Below are positions 1 to 12,430 of a stretch of 64,000 bases of DNA, in pieces. The notes beneath the pieces are model-generated. The model was given only the letters and a program-made list of their open reading frames with translations, ran no database searches and had not been told where the DNA came from. The stretch lies in assembly GCF_045037415.1 (NCBI RefSeq), contig NZ_CP173438.1, one strand, 5' to 3'. Position 1 is the first letter of the stretch; each line of letters opens with the position of its first letter. Source of the DNA: Escherichia coli. GTDB lineage: Bacteria; Pseudomonadota; Gammaproteobacteria; Enterobacterales; Enterobacteriaceae. A program made the position numbers and the translations under genes.

Positions 1-866
1 TCCTGCAATGTGTTATAGGCATCCACCCACGCTTTAACCGCATTTTCAGCTTTGGATGTGTCTTTACTGATGGTCAGTGTCTGATTACCGGTGGTGACGT
101 CATTCAGGTTGAGGGTGATATCTTCCAGTGAGTCGCTGATAGTGTTACTGCTGTTTTCAATCTCAACGTTATTGACTGTCAGTTTGGCGTTTTGCGCGGT
201 GACGCTTTCAATCATGCCATTGCTGCTATCACCCGGCGTTCCGTTGTAACCCATAAAACTTTCCAGGGCGCTGTCGCCGCTGACGCTAAGTTTCATAGCG
301 TTATTGCTGCCCGTATCGTTAGCGGTGATGGACAGACGATATTCGCCGTTTCCCACATTGATGATACTGGCGCTGACACCAGCTTTGGCGTTGTTAATGG
401 CATCGCGAATGCCGGAAAGTGACGAGTTACCCGCGCTGATATCAATCGTGACCGGATCTTTACCGCCGCCTTGTTGGATGGTCAGTACGCTATCGCTGGT
501 GGCGATGGCGGCTTTACTGTCTTTTTGACTATTTTTTGTTGTCAGCGTCTGTGCCTGCGCCAGTTGGCTAACGCTAATGGTGTATTTCCCAGCAATCGCG
601 CTGCCCGTGGTGGTGGCGCTGAAAGCCGATGAACTGCTGGTGGTTGAGGTGGCGGTAAATAAATCGGCTTTATTCAGTGCTGTGTTGGCTGTCTGGAAAC
701 TCTCTAGTGCACTTTTCAGCGTCCCGTAGGCGCTCAGTTTCGCGGTGTAAGAGCTTTGCTGTTTTGATATCGGCGTCAGGGTAGATTTTTCTGCCGCCTC
801 CAGACTGTCAAGGATGCTGCTTAAGTCCAGCCCCGACCCAACCCCAAGCGTTGAAATACTAGCCAT
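1..866 (-). CDS. fliD: flagellar filament capping protein FliD, N-terminal part (3' end lies beyond the left edge)
   Basis: Minus-strand ATG at 866 reads MASISTLGV... and stays open to position 1. Divergent from fliC as in E. coli. Absent from the ORF track because truncated. Confidence 0.85.
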   Translation of the reverse strand, partial: MASISTLGVGSGLDLSSILDSLEAAEKSTLTPISKQQSSYTAKLSAYGTLKSALESFQTANTALNKADLFTATSTTSSSSAFSATTTGSAIAGKYTISVSQLAQAQTLTTKNSQKDSKAAIATSDSVLTIQQGGGKDPVTIDISAGNSSLSGIRDAINNAKAGVSASIINVGNGEYRLSITANDTGSNNAMKLSVSGDSALESFMGYNGTPGDSSNGMIESVTAQNAKLTVNNVEIENSSNTISDSLEDITLNLNDVTTGNQTLTISKDTSKAENAVKAWVDAYNTLQ

Positions 867-910
867 ATAGTTTCCTTAATCATGCGACGTGTATAGAACG
901 AATACCGGGG

Positions 911-937
911 TTATCGGCGTAAGCGGGGTAAAGTTTA
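911..937 (-). promoter_or_regulatory. sigma-28 (FliA) promoter candidate for fliD
   Basis: Minus strand reads TAAACTTT-N11-GCCGATAA, close to the FliA consensus TAAAGTTT-N11-GCCGATAA. Confidence 0.6.
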
Positions 938-1010
938 CGATTTATTTTTTGCCTTAATGGCACGAACAGCAACGAGGAAGGGGAGTATTTCGACCGCTAG
1001 AAAAAAATTC

Positions 1011-1037
1011 TAAAGGTTGTGAGTGACCAGACGATAA
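1011..1037 (+). promoter_or_regulatory. sigma-28 (FliA) promoter candidate for fliC
   Basis: TAAAGGTT-N11-GACGATAA about 75 nt upstream of the fliC ATG. Confidence 0.65.
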
Positions 1038-1113
1038 CAGGGTTGACGGCGACGAAGCCGAAGGGTGGAAGCCCAATACTTAAACCGTAGACTTGAAAAC
1101 AGGAAAATGAATT

Positions 1114-2163
1114 ATGGCACAAGTCATTAATACCAACAGCCTCTCGCTGATCACTCAGAACAACATCAACAAAAACCAGTCTGCGCTGTCGACTTCTATC
1201 GAGCGCCTCTCTTCTGGTCTGCGTATTAACAGCGCTAAAGATGACGCCGCGGGCCAGGCGATTGCTAACCGCTTTACTTCTAACATCAAAGGTCTGACTC
1301 AGGCCGCACGTAACGCCAACGACGGTATTTCTCTGGCGCAGACGGCTGAAGGCGCGCTGTCAGAGATTAACAACAACTTGCAGCGTATTCGTGAACTGAC
1401 CGTTCAGGCCTCTACCGGCACGAACTCTGATTCCGACCTGTCTTCTATTCAGGACGAAATCAAATCCCGTCTTGATGAAATTGACCGTGTATCTGGTCAG
1501 ACCCAGTTCAACGGTGTGAACGTGCTGTCGAAAAACGATTCGATGAAGATTCAGATTGGTGCCAATGATAACCAGACGATCAGCATTGGCTTGCAACAAA
1601 TCGACAGTACCACTTTGAATCTGAAAGGATTTACCGTGTCCGGCATGGCGGATTTCAGCGCGGCGAAACTGACGGCTGCTGATGGTACAGCAATTGCTGC
1701 TGCGGATGTCAAGGATGCTGGGGGTAAACAAGTCAATTTACTGTCTTACACTGACACCGCGTCTAACAGTACTAAATATGCGGTCGTTGATTCTGCAACC
1801 GGTAAATACATGGAAGCCACTGTAGTCATTACCGGTACGGCGGCGGCGGTAACTGTTGGTGCAGCGGAAGTGGCGGGAGCCGCTACAGCCGATCCGTTAA
1901 AAGCACTGGATGCCGCAATCGCTAAAGTCGACAAATTCCGCTCCTCCCTCGGTGCCGTTCAAAACCGTCTGGATTCTGCGGTCACCAACCTGAACAACAC
2001 CACCACCAACCTGTCTGAAGCGCAGTCCCGTATTCAGGACGCCGACTATGCGACCGAAGTGTCCAACATGTCGAAAGCGCAGATTATCCAGCAGGCGGGC
2101 AACTCCGTGCTGTCTAAAGCCAACCAGGTACCGCAGCAAGTTCTGTCTCTGTTACAAGGCTAA
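1114..2163 (+). CDS. fliC: flagellin (short central variable region, 349 aa)
   Basis: Conserved flagellin N-terminus MAQVINTNSLSLITQNNINKNQSALSTSIERLSSGLRINSAKDDAAGQAIANRF and C-terminus ...QVPQQVLSLLQG. Confidence 0.97.
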   Translation: MAQVINTNSLSLITQNNINKNQSALSTSIERLSSGLRINSAKDDAAGQAIANRFTSNIKGLTQAARNANDGISLAQTAEGALSEINNNLQRIRELTVQASTGTNSDSDLSSIQDEIKSRLDEIDRVSGQTQFNGVNVLSKNDSMKIQIGANDNQTISIGLQQIDSTTLNLKGFTVSGMADFSAAKLTAADGTAIAAADVKDAGGKQVNLLSYTDTASNSTKYAVVDSATGKYMEATVVITGTAAAVTVGAAEVAGAATADPLKALDAAIAKVDKFRSSLGAVQNRLDSAVTNLNNTTTNLSEAQSRIQDADYATEVSNMSKAQIIQQAGNSVLSKANQVPQQVLSLLQG

Positions 2164-2181
2164 TGGCCTTAACCTGCCTGA

Positions 2182-2204
2182 CCCCGCCAACGGCGGGGTT
2201 TTTT
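2182..2204 (+). terminator. rho-independent terminator after fliC
   Basis: CCCCGCC-aac-GGCGGGG hairpin followed by TTTTTT. Confidence 0.7.
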
Positions 2205-2326
2205 CTGCCCGCAATTTACCGGTAACCCCCAAATAACCCCTCATTTCACCCACTAATCGTCCGATTAAAAACCCTGCAGAAACGGATAATCATGCCGATA
2301 ACTCATATAACGCAGGGCTGTTTATC

Positions 2327-3046
2327 GTGAATTCACTCTATACCGCTGAAGGTGTAATGGATAAACACTCGCTGTGGCAGCGTTATGTCCCGCTGGTGCG
2401 TCACGAAGCATTGCGCCTGCAGGTTCGACTGCCCGCGAGCGTGGAACTTGACGATCTGCTACAGGCGGGCGGCATTGGGTTACTTAATGCCGTCGAACGC
2501 TATGACGCCCTACAAGGAACGGCATTTACAACTTACGCAGTGCAGCGTATCCGTGGCGCTATGCTGGATGAACTTCGCAGCCGTGACTGGGTGCCGCGCA
2601 GCGTGCGACGCAACGCGCGTGAAGTGGCACAGGCAATAGGGCAACTGGAGCAGGAACTTGGCCGCAACGCCACGGAAACTGAGGTAGCGGAACGTTTAGG
2701 GATCGATATTGCCGATTATCGCCAAATGTTGCTCGACACCAATAACAGCCAGCTCTTCTCCTACGATGAGTGGCGCGAAGAGCACGGCGATAGCATCGAA
2801 CTGGTTACTGATGATCATCAGCGAGAAAACCCGCTACAACAACTGCTGGACAATAATCTGCGCCAGCGGGTGATGGAAGCCATCGAAACGTTGCCGGAGC
2901 GCGAAAAACTGGTATTAACCCTCTATTATCAGGAAGAGCTGAATCTCAAAGAGATTGGTGCGGTGCTGGAGGTCGGGGAATCGCGGGTCAGTCAGTTACA
3001 CAGCCAGGCTATTAAACGGTTACGCACTAAACTGGGTAAGTTATAA
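2327..3046 (+). CDS. fliA: flagellar sigma factor sigma-28
   Basis: 239-aa ORF with GTG start. Sigma-70-family regions 2-4. Sequence and position match FliA as I recall it. Confidence 0.97.
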   Translation: MNSLYTAEGVMDKHSLWQRYVPLVRHEALRLQVRLPASVELDDLLQAGGIGLLNAVERYDALQGTAFTTYAVQRIRGAMLDELRSRDWVPRSVRRNAREVAQAIGQLEQELGRNATETEVAERLGIDIADYRQMLLDTNNSQLFSYDEWREEHGDSIELVTDDHQRENPLQQLLDNNLRQRVMEAIETLPEREKLVLTLYYQEELNLKEIGAVLEVGESRVSQLHSQAIKRLRTKLGKL

Positions 3047-3091
3047 CGTCAGTAAATGCCGCACTTTAATTTTGACTACCAGGAGTTCTTA

Positions 3092-3643
3092 ATGATGGTG
3101 CAGCACCTGAAAAGACGGCCATTAAGCCGCTATCTTAAAGACTTTAAACACAGCCAGACCCATTGCGCGCATTGCCGTAAATTACTCGATCGCATTACCC
3201 TCGTTCGCGACGGCAAAATAGTGAATAAAATCGAGATTTCCCGCCTGGACACGCTGCTTGATGAAAATGGCTGGCAAGTGGAACAACAATCATGGGCGGC
3301 ATTGTGCCGATTTTGCGGTGATTTACATTGCAAAACGCAGAGTGATTTTTTCGATATTATCGGCTTTAAGCAATTTCTTTTTGAGCAAACTGAAATGAGC
3401 CCTGGTACGGTGCGTGAATATGTCGTTCGTCTGCGCCGTTTGGGGAATCATCTACACGAGCAAAATATTTCCCTCGATCAGCTGCAGGACGGTTTCCTCG
3501 ATGAAATCCTCGCCCCGTGGCTGCCCTCCACCAGCACCAACAATTACCGCATCGCGTTACGGAAGTATCAACACTATCAGCGTCAAACGTGTACCGGACT
3601 TGTGCAGAAATCCTCCAGCCTGCCTGCTTCTGATATATATTAA
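3092..3643 (+). CDS. fliZ: flagellar regulator FliZ
   Basis: Internal start MMVQHLKRRPLSRYLKDF gives the 183-aa K-12 length. The track ORF starts 36 nt earlier. Confidence 0.9.
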   Translation: MMVQHLKRRPLSRYLKDFKHSQTHCAHCRKLLDRITLVRDGKIVNKIEISRLDTLLDENGWQVEQQSWAALCRFCGDLHCKTQSDFFDIIGFKQFLFEQTEMSPGTVREYVVRLRRLGNHLHEQNISLDQLQDGFLDEILAPWLPSTSTNNYRIALRKYQHYQRQTCTGLVQKSSSLPASDIY

Positions 3644-3730
3644 ATAAGAATAAGATGTAGCGGAGTTGTTTTTGTGTTTACAAACAATGGCTCTACACTG
3701 CAAACAGACATAACAACATTCGGGGTGAAT

Positions 3731-5622
<1,892 letters not shown>

Positions 5623-5636
5623 CTCCGGGAACGCTC

Positions 5637-6305
5637 ATGCAAGAAAGTATACAACTGGTTATTGATTCCTTGCCGTTCCTGCTGAAAGGGGCTGGGTATA
5701 CGCTGCAACTCAGTATCGGAGGCATGTTTTTTGGCTTACTGCTCGGGTTTATTCTCGCGCTGATGCGCCTGTCGCCAATCTGGCCCGTGCGCTGGCTGGC
5801 GCGTTTTTATATCTCTATTTTTCGTGGTACGCCGCTCATCGCACAACTGTTTATGATCTATTACGGACTGCCACAGTTTGGTATCGAATTAGATCCCATT
5901 CCGTCAGCAATGATTGGTCTGTCGCTGAACACTGCCGCCTATGCTGCTGAAACGCTGCGCGCCGCCATTTCTTCTATTGATAAAGGTCAGTGGGAAGCTG
6001 CAGCCAGTATTGGTATGACGCCATGGCAGACCATGCGTCGCGCGATTTTGCCACAGGCGGCGCGGGTGGCGTTGCCGCCGCTGTCGAACAGCTTTATCAG
6101 CCTGGTAAAAGATACGTCGCTGGCCGCGACAATCCAGGTGCCGGAGCTGTTCCGTCAGGCGCAGTTGATTACCTCGCGCACGCTGGAGGTGTTCACCATG
6201 TACCTGGCGGCTTCGCTCATCTACTGGATCATGGCGACTGTGTTATCGACGTTGCAGAACCATTTTGAGAATCAACTTAATCGCCAGGAGAGAGAACCCA
6301 AATGA
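5637..6305 (+). CDS. tcyL: cystine ABC transporter permease
   Basis: 222-aa polytopic permease of the polar amino-acid ABC type. Overlaps the next gene by 4 nt. Confidence 0.93.
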   Translation: MQESIQLVIDSLPFLLKGAGYTLQLSIGGMFFGLLLGFILALMRLSPIWPVRWLARFYISIFRGTPLIAQLFMIYYGLPQFGIELDPIPSAMIGLSLNTAAYAAETLRAAISSIDKGQWEAAASIGMTPWQTMRRAILPQAARVALPPLSNSFISLVKDTSLAATIQVPELFRQAQLITSRTLEVFTMYLAASLIYWIMATVLSTLQNHFENQLNRQEREPK

Positions 6306-7054
6306 GTGCCATTGAAGTTAAGAACCTGGTGAAAAAATTCCACGGTCAGACGGTGCTGCATGGTATCGACCTTGAGGTGAAGCCAGGCGAAGTAGTGGCA
6401 ATTATCGGTCCGAGTGGTTCCGGCAAAACCACGTTGCTACGCAGCATAAATCTGCTGGAACAACCGGAAGCGGGAACCATCACCGTTGGCGATATCACTA
6501 TTGATACTGCACGTTCATTAAGTCAGCAAAAATCGCTGATTCGCCAGTTGCGTCAGCACGTCGGGTTTGTCTTCCAGAACTTTAATCTGTTTCCGCATCG
6601 TACGGTGCTGGAAAACATTATTGAAGGGCCGGTGATCGTCAAAGGCGAACCGAAAGAAGAGGCCACGGCGCGCGCTCGCGAGCTGCTGGCGAAAGTTGGG
6701 CTGGCCGGTAAAGAAACCAGTTATCCACGTCGTTTGTCTGGCGGTCAACAGCAGCGCGTTGCGATTGCGCGTGCTCTGGCAATGCGTCCTGAAGTGATTT
6801 TGTTTGACGAGCCAACGTCGGCGCTGGATCCAGAGCTGGTGGGCGAAGTCCTGAACACCATTCGTCAGCTGGCGCAGGAAAAGCGCACGATGGTGATTGT
6901 GACGCACGAAATGAGCTTTGCCCGGGATGTTGCGGACCGGGCGATTTTTATGGACCAGGGGCGGATAGTCGAGCAGGGGGTAGCAAAAGCGTTATTTGCT
7001 GATCCTCAGCAGCCTCGCACCCGCCAGTTCCTGGAGAAGTTTCTGCTGCAATAA
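6302..7054 (+). CDS. tcyN: cystine ABC transporter ATPase
   Basis: Walker A GPSGSGKTT, signature LSGGQQQR and Walker B ILFDEPTSALD. 250 aa. Confidence 0.95.
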   Translation: MSAIEVKNLVKKFHGQTVLHGIDLEVKPGEVVAIIGPSGSGKTTLLRSINLLEQPEAGTITVGDITIDTARSLSQQKSLIRQLRQHVGFVFQNFNLFPHRTVLENIIEGPVIVKGEPKEEATARARELLAKVGLAGKETSYPRRLSGGQQQRVAIARALAMRPEVILFDEPTSALDPELVGEVLNTIRQLAQEKRTMVIVTHEMSFARDVADRAIFMDQGRIVEQGVAKALFADPQQPRTRQFLEKFLLQ

Positions 7055-7283
7055 TAAGAAAAAATCAGCCCCGACGATTCACCAGTCGGGGCGGGACGCC
7101 ATTTCAAACGTGATAAAACTGCTTAACAAATCAGCATAACTCATTAATAACATAAGAGAATGCGATGGCTTGCAAAAGTAATTCATTGCCTGAATAATAT
7201 AAATTATATATAAATCTTATTTATGTGATAGTTTGAATTATCATTATAAATGATACTCACTCTCAGGGGCGTTGCGGTTTACT

Positions 7284-8006
7284 ATGCAGGATACGGATTT
7301 TTTCAGCTGGCTTCGCACGATGCTGTTGCGTTTTCAGAGGATGGAGGCCGCAGAAGAGGTCTACCATGAAATAGAGCTTCAGGCTCAGCAGCTGGAGTAC
7401 GATTACTATTCGTTATGTGTTCGCCACCCGGTACCATTCACGCGACCTAAAGTGGCTTTCTACACCAATTACCCTGAGTCGTGGGTTAGTTATTATCAGG
7501 CAAAAAATTTTCTCGCAATTGATCCGGTGCTGAACCCTGAAAACTTTAGTCAGGGCCATTTAATGTGGAATGATGACTTATTCAGCGAAGCACAGCCGTT
7601 ATGGGAAGCTGCGCGCGCACATGGTTTACGCCGCGGTGTCACTCAGTATTTAATGCTGCCAAATCGGGCGTTGGGCTTTTTGTCCTTTTCCCGTTGCAGC
7701 ACGCGCGAAATACCCATTCTTAGTGATGAACTGCAATTAAAAATGCAGCTACTGGTGCGCGAAAGTCTGATGGCTCTGATGCGTTTAAATGATGAAATAG
7801 TGATGACGCCAGAGATGAATTTCAGCAAGCGCGAAAAAGAAATTCTGAAATGGACGGCGGAAGGTAAGACATCAGCAGAGATAGCGATGATTTTGTCAAT
7901 CTCTGAGAATACGGTCAATTTCCATCAGAAAAACATGCAGAAAAAAATCAATGCACCGAATAAGACGCAGGTTGCCTGTTACGCGGCCGCTACTGGCTTA
8001 ATTTGA
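7284..8006 (+). CDS. sdiA: LuxR-family quorum-sensing regulator SdiA
   Basis: Start MQDTDFFSW gives 240 aa. C-terminal LuxR HTH (EKEILKWTAEGKTSAEIAMILSISENTVNFH). Confidence 0.93.
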   Translation: MQDTDFFSWLRTMLLRFQRMEAAEEVYHEIELQAQQLEYDYYSLCVRHPVPFTRPKVAFYTNYPESWVSYYQAKNFLAIDPVLNPENFSQGHLMWNDDLFSEAQPLWEAARAHGLRRGVTQYLMLPNRALGFLSFSRCSTREIPILSDELQLKMQLLVRESLMALMRLNDEIVMTPEMNFSKREKEILKWTAEGKTSAEIAMILSISENTVNFHQKNMQKKINAPNKTQVACYAAATGLI

Positions 8007-8039
8007 TCTCTTTTCTGTTCTGCGTGCCAGATGCAAAAA

Positions 8040-8070
8040 CCGGCTGAAAGGCACGCTCTCAGCCGGTTTT
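8040..8070. terminator. hairpin terminator between convergent sdiA and yecF
   Basis: CCGGCTGA ... TCAGCCGG inverted repeat followed by TTTT, with an A-run on the other side. Confidence 0.6.
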
Positions 8071-8073
8071 ATA

Positions 8074-8298
8074 TTACTGACGGTAGGCTTGTTTAATTTG
8101 CTTAACCGTTTTGGAAAATACTGCAGCCTGGGTTTCGTCTTCGATCAGCGCAAGCTGTTTTTCCATCTTTAACATCACGCGGCCCGCGTCAGCTTGTCCC
8201 ATCGCCTGCAGCATCAGCGTCAGCATCGCTTTCAGGCAGGAGACTTCATTTGCCAGTTCTTGATTATTCTCGGCAGTAGAAAAATCAGGCGTACTCAT
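8074..8298 (-). CDS. yecF: small conserved protein YecF
   Basis: 74-aa ORF at the K-12 yecF position between sdiA and uvrY. Confidence 0.85.
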
Positions 8299-8756
8299 TT
8301 ATTTTCCTCGTCATGTTGCAATGAAAATTTGCGGTGAAAAATGTTAAGGCGGCGGAGTATACCATAAGCTTTGCTAAAAATAGCAGTGGTTGTTTTTTGA
8401 GCGTGATATCAACAGTACTATAAAATACGTTAATATAATGACCAATAAATATTTTTATCATGAATGTTTTTTGCCCGTATTGTTCGGGTTAATTAATGTT
8501 ACATATTCAGCGGGCTGATTTTCATTTTTGCTGAATAAAGTCAATTTTTGTCACATTTCATCGCCGGGCTTACTGTGAAACGATCCCGGAAGCCGTTGGT
8601 GACGGGCGTGACCATAACTGTGGACAATCGAATTGACAAAAACGAGAGAAAAATCGAATACCCACCATTTTTAACGTTTCAAAGTTGCAATAAAAACCGC
8701 TAATATACGAATGACTAACTATCAGTAGCGTTATCCCTATTTCTGGAGATATTCCT

Positions 8757-9413
8757 TTGATCAACGTTCTACTTGTTGATGACCACGAACTGGTGCGCGC
8801 AGGGATACGACGCATTCTGGAAGATATAAAGGGTATAAAAGTCGTCGGTGAGGCATCGTGCGGTGAAGACGCCGTTAAATGGTGCCGGGCAAATGCCGTT
8901 GACGTGGTGCTAATGGACATGAGTATGCCGGGCATTGGCGGTCTTGAGGCGACGCGTAAAATCGCGCGTTCCACAGCTGATGTCAAAATCATCATGCTTA
9001 CCGTCCATACAGAAAACCCTTTACCAGCGAAAGTCATGCAGGCCGGAGCTGCGGGCTACCTCAGCAAAGGCGCGGCTCCGCAGGAAGTCGTGAGTGCGAT
9101 TCGTTCTGTCTATTCAGGGCAGCGTTACATTGCTTCTGATATCGCTCAACAAATGGCGTTAAGCCAGATCGAACCAGAAAAAACAGAAAGCCCATTTGCC
9201 AGTTTGTCTGAACGTGAATTGCAGATTATGCTGATGATCACCAAGGGCCAGAAGGTCAATGAGATCTCAGAACAGCTCAATCTCAGTCCGAAAACGGTGA
9301 ACAGCTACCGCTATCGTATGTTCAGTAAACTAAACATTCATGGCGATGTTGAGCTGACTCACCTGGCAATTCGCCATGGTCTGTGTAATGCGGAGACATT
9401 ATCAAGTCAGTGA
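8757..9413 (+). CDS. uvrY: response regulator UvrY (BarA partner)
   Basis: 218 aa. Receiver domain ([12 protein letters not shown] ... [11 protein letters not shown]) plus LuxR-type HTH. Confidence 0.95.
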
Positions 9414-11242
9414 GTGATCAGTTTGACGCAAAAGCGTTTTTAAAAACCGTAACCAGCCAGCCAGGCGTTTATCGCATGTATGATGCTGGTGGTACGGTTA
9501 TCTATGTCGGCAAAGCGAAAGACCTGAAAAAACGGCTTTCCAGCTATTTCCGTAGCAACCTCGCTTCGCGCAAAACCGAAGCGCTGGTCGCCCAGATCCA
9601 GCAAATTGATGTAACGGTTACTCATACAGAAACCGAAGCGCTGTTACTGGAACACAACTACATCAAACTTTATCAGCCGCGTTACAACGTTTTGCTACGC
9701 GATGATAAATCATATCCTTTTATCTTCCTGAGTGGCGATACCCACCCGCGTCTGGCGATGCATCGTGGAGCGAAGCATGCCAAAGGTGAATATTTCGGCC
9801 CGTTCCCGAATGGCTATGCCGTACGTGAAACACTGGCGCTACTGCAAAAGATTTTCCCCATTCGCCAGTGCGAAAACAGTGTTTATCGCAACCGCTCGCG
9901 TCCGTGTCTGCAATATCAGATAGGGCGCTGTCTGGGGCCGTGCGTTGAAGGACTGGTGAGTGAAGAAGAATACGCTCAGCAGGTCGAGTATGTGCGCCTG
10001 TTTTTGTCTGGCAAAGATGATCAGGTGCTTACGCAACTCATTAGTCGTATGGAAACTGCCAGCCAGAATCTGGAGTTTGAAGAAGCGGCGCGGATTCGCG
10101 ACCAAATTCAGGCGGTGCGACGTGTCACCGAAAAACAGTTTGTTTCCAATACCGGCGACGACCTTGACGTTATTGGAGTGGCGTTCGATGCGGGTATGGC
10201 TTGTGTCCACGTATTGTTCATTCGTCAGGGCAAAGTGCTCGGCAGCCGCAGCTATTTCCCGAAAGTGCCTGGCGGTACGGAACTGAGCGAGGTGGTGGAA
10301 ACCTTCGTAGGTCAGTTCTATTTACAAGGCAGCCAGATGCGCACCTTACCGGGTGAGATCCTGCTCGATTTTAATCTTAGCGATAAAACGCTGCTCGCCG
10401 ATTCCCTTTCAGAACTGGCGGGACGCAAGATTAATGTTCAAACCAAACCTCGTGGCGATAGAGCGCGTTATCTGAAACTCGCGCGTACCAATGCGGCGAC
10501 GGCCTTAACCAGCAAACTTTCGCAGCAATCTACCGTTCACCAGCGGCTGACCGCGCTTGCCAGCGTGTTGAAATTGCCGGAAGTGAAGCGGATGGAGTGC
10601 TTTGACATCAGCCATACCATGGGTGAACAAACCGTCGCTTCCTGTGTGGTGTTTGATGCCAACGGCCCGCTGCGTGCGGAGTATCGGCGCTATAACATTA
10701 CTGGCATCACGCCGGGCGATGATTACGCGGCGATGAATCAGGTGCTGCGTCGGCGTTATGGTAAAGCTATCGACGACAGTAAGATCCCGGATGTGATCCT
10801 TATTGACGGCGGCAAAGGCCAGCTTGCGCAGGCGAAAAATGTTTTCGCCGAACTGGATGTCTCATGGGATAAAAATCATCCGCTGCTACTTGGCGTTGCC
10901 AAAGGAGCAGATCGTAAGGCTGGGCTGGAAACGCTGTTCTTTGAGCCGGAAGGTGAGGGATTTAGTTTGCCGCCAGATTCTCCCGCGCTGCATGTTATCC
11001 AGCATATTCGCGATGAATCACACGATCACGCGATTGGCGGGCACCGTAAAAAACGGGCGAAGGTCAAAAATACCAGTTCCCTGGAAACCATTGAAGGCGT
11101 CGGGCCAAAACGTCGGCAAATGTTGTTGAAATATATGGGCGGTTTGCAAGGTTTACGTAACGCCAGCGTCGAGGAAATTGCAAAAGTGCCGGGTATTTCG
11201 CAAGGTCTGGCAGAAAAGATCTTCTGGTCGTTGAAACATTGA
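9410..11242 (+). CDS. uvrC: excinuclease ABC subunit C
   Basis: 610 aa. GIY-YIG N-terminus ([24 protein letters not shown]). Overlaps the uvrY stop. Confidence 0.97.
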
Positions 11243-11298
11243 TGTCTCTGTAGCAACATAGGGGTAATCTTACTGACAACAGATAGTTACCCGTCATT

Positions 11299-11847
11299 AT
11301 GCAATTTAATATCCCTACGTTGCTTACACTGTTCCGTGTCATCCTTATCCCATTCTTTGTATTGGTCTTTTATTTGCCTGTCACCTGGTCGCCGTTTGCC
11401 GCCGCGCTCATTTTCTGCGTCGCGGCGGTGACTGACTGGTTCGATGGTTTTCTGGCACGCCGCTGGAATCAGAGTACCCGGTTTGGTGCTTTCCTTGACC
11501 CTGTCGCAGATAAAGTTCTCGTGGCTATCGCCATGGTGCTGGTAACCGAGCATTACCACAGCTGGTGGGTGACCTTACCGGCAGCAACGATGATCGCCCG
11601 TGAAATTATTATTTCTGCGCTACGCGAATGGATGGCGGAGTTGGGTAAACGCAGTAGCGTGGCTGTCTCCTGGATTGGAAAAGTGAAAACCACTGCCCAG
11701 ATGGTGGCGTTGGCATGGCTGCTGTGGCGTCCGAATATTTGGGTTGAGTACGCCGGTATTGCACTTTTCTTTGTGGCTGCGGTACTGACTCTGTGGTCAA
11801 TGTTGCAATATTTGAGCGCTGCGCGTGCAGATTTGCTTGATCAGTGA
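11299..11847 (+). CDS. pgsA: phosphatidylglycerophosphate synthase
   Basis: 182 aa. CDP-alcohol phosphotransferase motif [27 protein letters not shown]. Confidence 0.95.
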
Positions 11848-11897
11848 TCGTTTCGGCGCAATTTTCAGCAAACGATCAAAAGTGGTGAAAAATATCG

Positions 11898-11925
11898 TTG
11901 ACTCATCGCGCCAGGTAAGTAGAAT
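11898..11925 (+). promoter_or_regulatory. sigma-70 promoter candidate of the glyW-cysT-leuZ tRNA operon
   Basis: TTGACT-N16-TAGAAT followed by a GC-rich discriminator, ~75 nt upstream of glyW. Confidence 0.55.
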
Positions 11926-11998
11926 GCAACGCATCGAACGGCGGCACTGATTGCCAGACGATAATAAAATCAAGTGATTAACTGATTGCTTGATGAAT

Positions 11999-12074
<76 letters not shown>

Positions 12075-12127
12075 GTTTAAAAGGCATCGGCGTCAGCGGA
12101 TGTCTGGCTGAAAGGCCTGAAGAATTT

Positions 12128-12201
12128 GGCGCGTTAACAAAGCGGTTATGTAGCGGATTGCAAATCCGTCTAGTCCGGTTCGACTCCGGAACGCGCCTCC
12201 A
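12128..12201 (+). tRNA. cysT: tRNA-Cys (anticodon GCA)
   Basis: 74 nt GGCGCGTTAACAAAGCGG...GGTTCGACTCCGGAACGCGCCTCCA. Confidence 0.95.
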
Positions 12202-12213
12202 CTTTTTTCCCGA

Positions 12214-12300
12214 GCCCGGATGGTGGAATCGGTAGACACAAGGGATTTAAAATCCCTCGGCGTTCGCGCTGTGCGGGTTCAAGTCCCGCTCCGGGTACCA
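12214..12300 (+). tRNA. leuZ: tRNA-Leu (anticodon UAA), intact copy at prophage attL
   Basis: 87 nt GCCCGGATGGTGGAATCGGTAGACACAAGGGATTTAAAATCCC...GGTTCAAGTCCCGCTCCGGGTACCA. Long variable arm. Confidence 0.95.
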
Positions 12301-12369
12301 TGGGAAAGATAAGAATAAAATCAAAGCAATAAGCAGTGTCGTGAAACCACCTTCGGGTGGTTTTTTTGT
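12245..12369 (+). repeat. attL: left copy of the 125-bp direct repeat
   Basis: Identical base for base to 54857..54981. Covers the last 56 nt of leuZ plus the downstream terminator. Confidence 0.93.
12345..12367 (+). terminator. tRNA operon terminator (inside the att repeat)
   Basis: CCACC-ttcg-GGTGG followed by T7. Second copy at 54957..54979. Confidence 0.75.
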
Positions 12370-12430
12370 ATCTTCTTTCTCATTTCCGAAGATGCGTCCG
12401 AAGATGATTTTTCTCTGGACGCATCATCAT

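Noticed and set aside
1360-2236. Antisense and out-of-frame ORFs inside fliC. The same applies to similar shadow ORFs inside fliA, tcyJ, dcyD, tcyN, uvrC, pgsA, tyrP, araF/G, terminase, portal and others.
   Set aside because: Each lies within a longer ORF that has strong homology-type evidence and synteny. None has independent support.
7069-7091. Hairpin CCCCGAC...GTCGGGG after tcyN as its terminator.
   Set aside because: The T-run lies on the opposite strand, where no gene ends, so its orientation is ambiguous. It was not called.
8570-9037. 155-aa minus-strand ORF upstream of and overlapping uvrY.
   Set aside because: It is antisense to the well-supported uvrY start and its regulatory region, has a low-complexity Ser/Thr/Ile-rich sequence, and has no K-12 counterpart that I know of.
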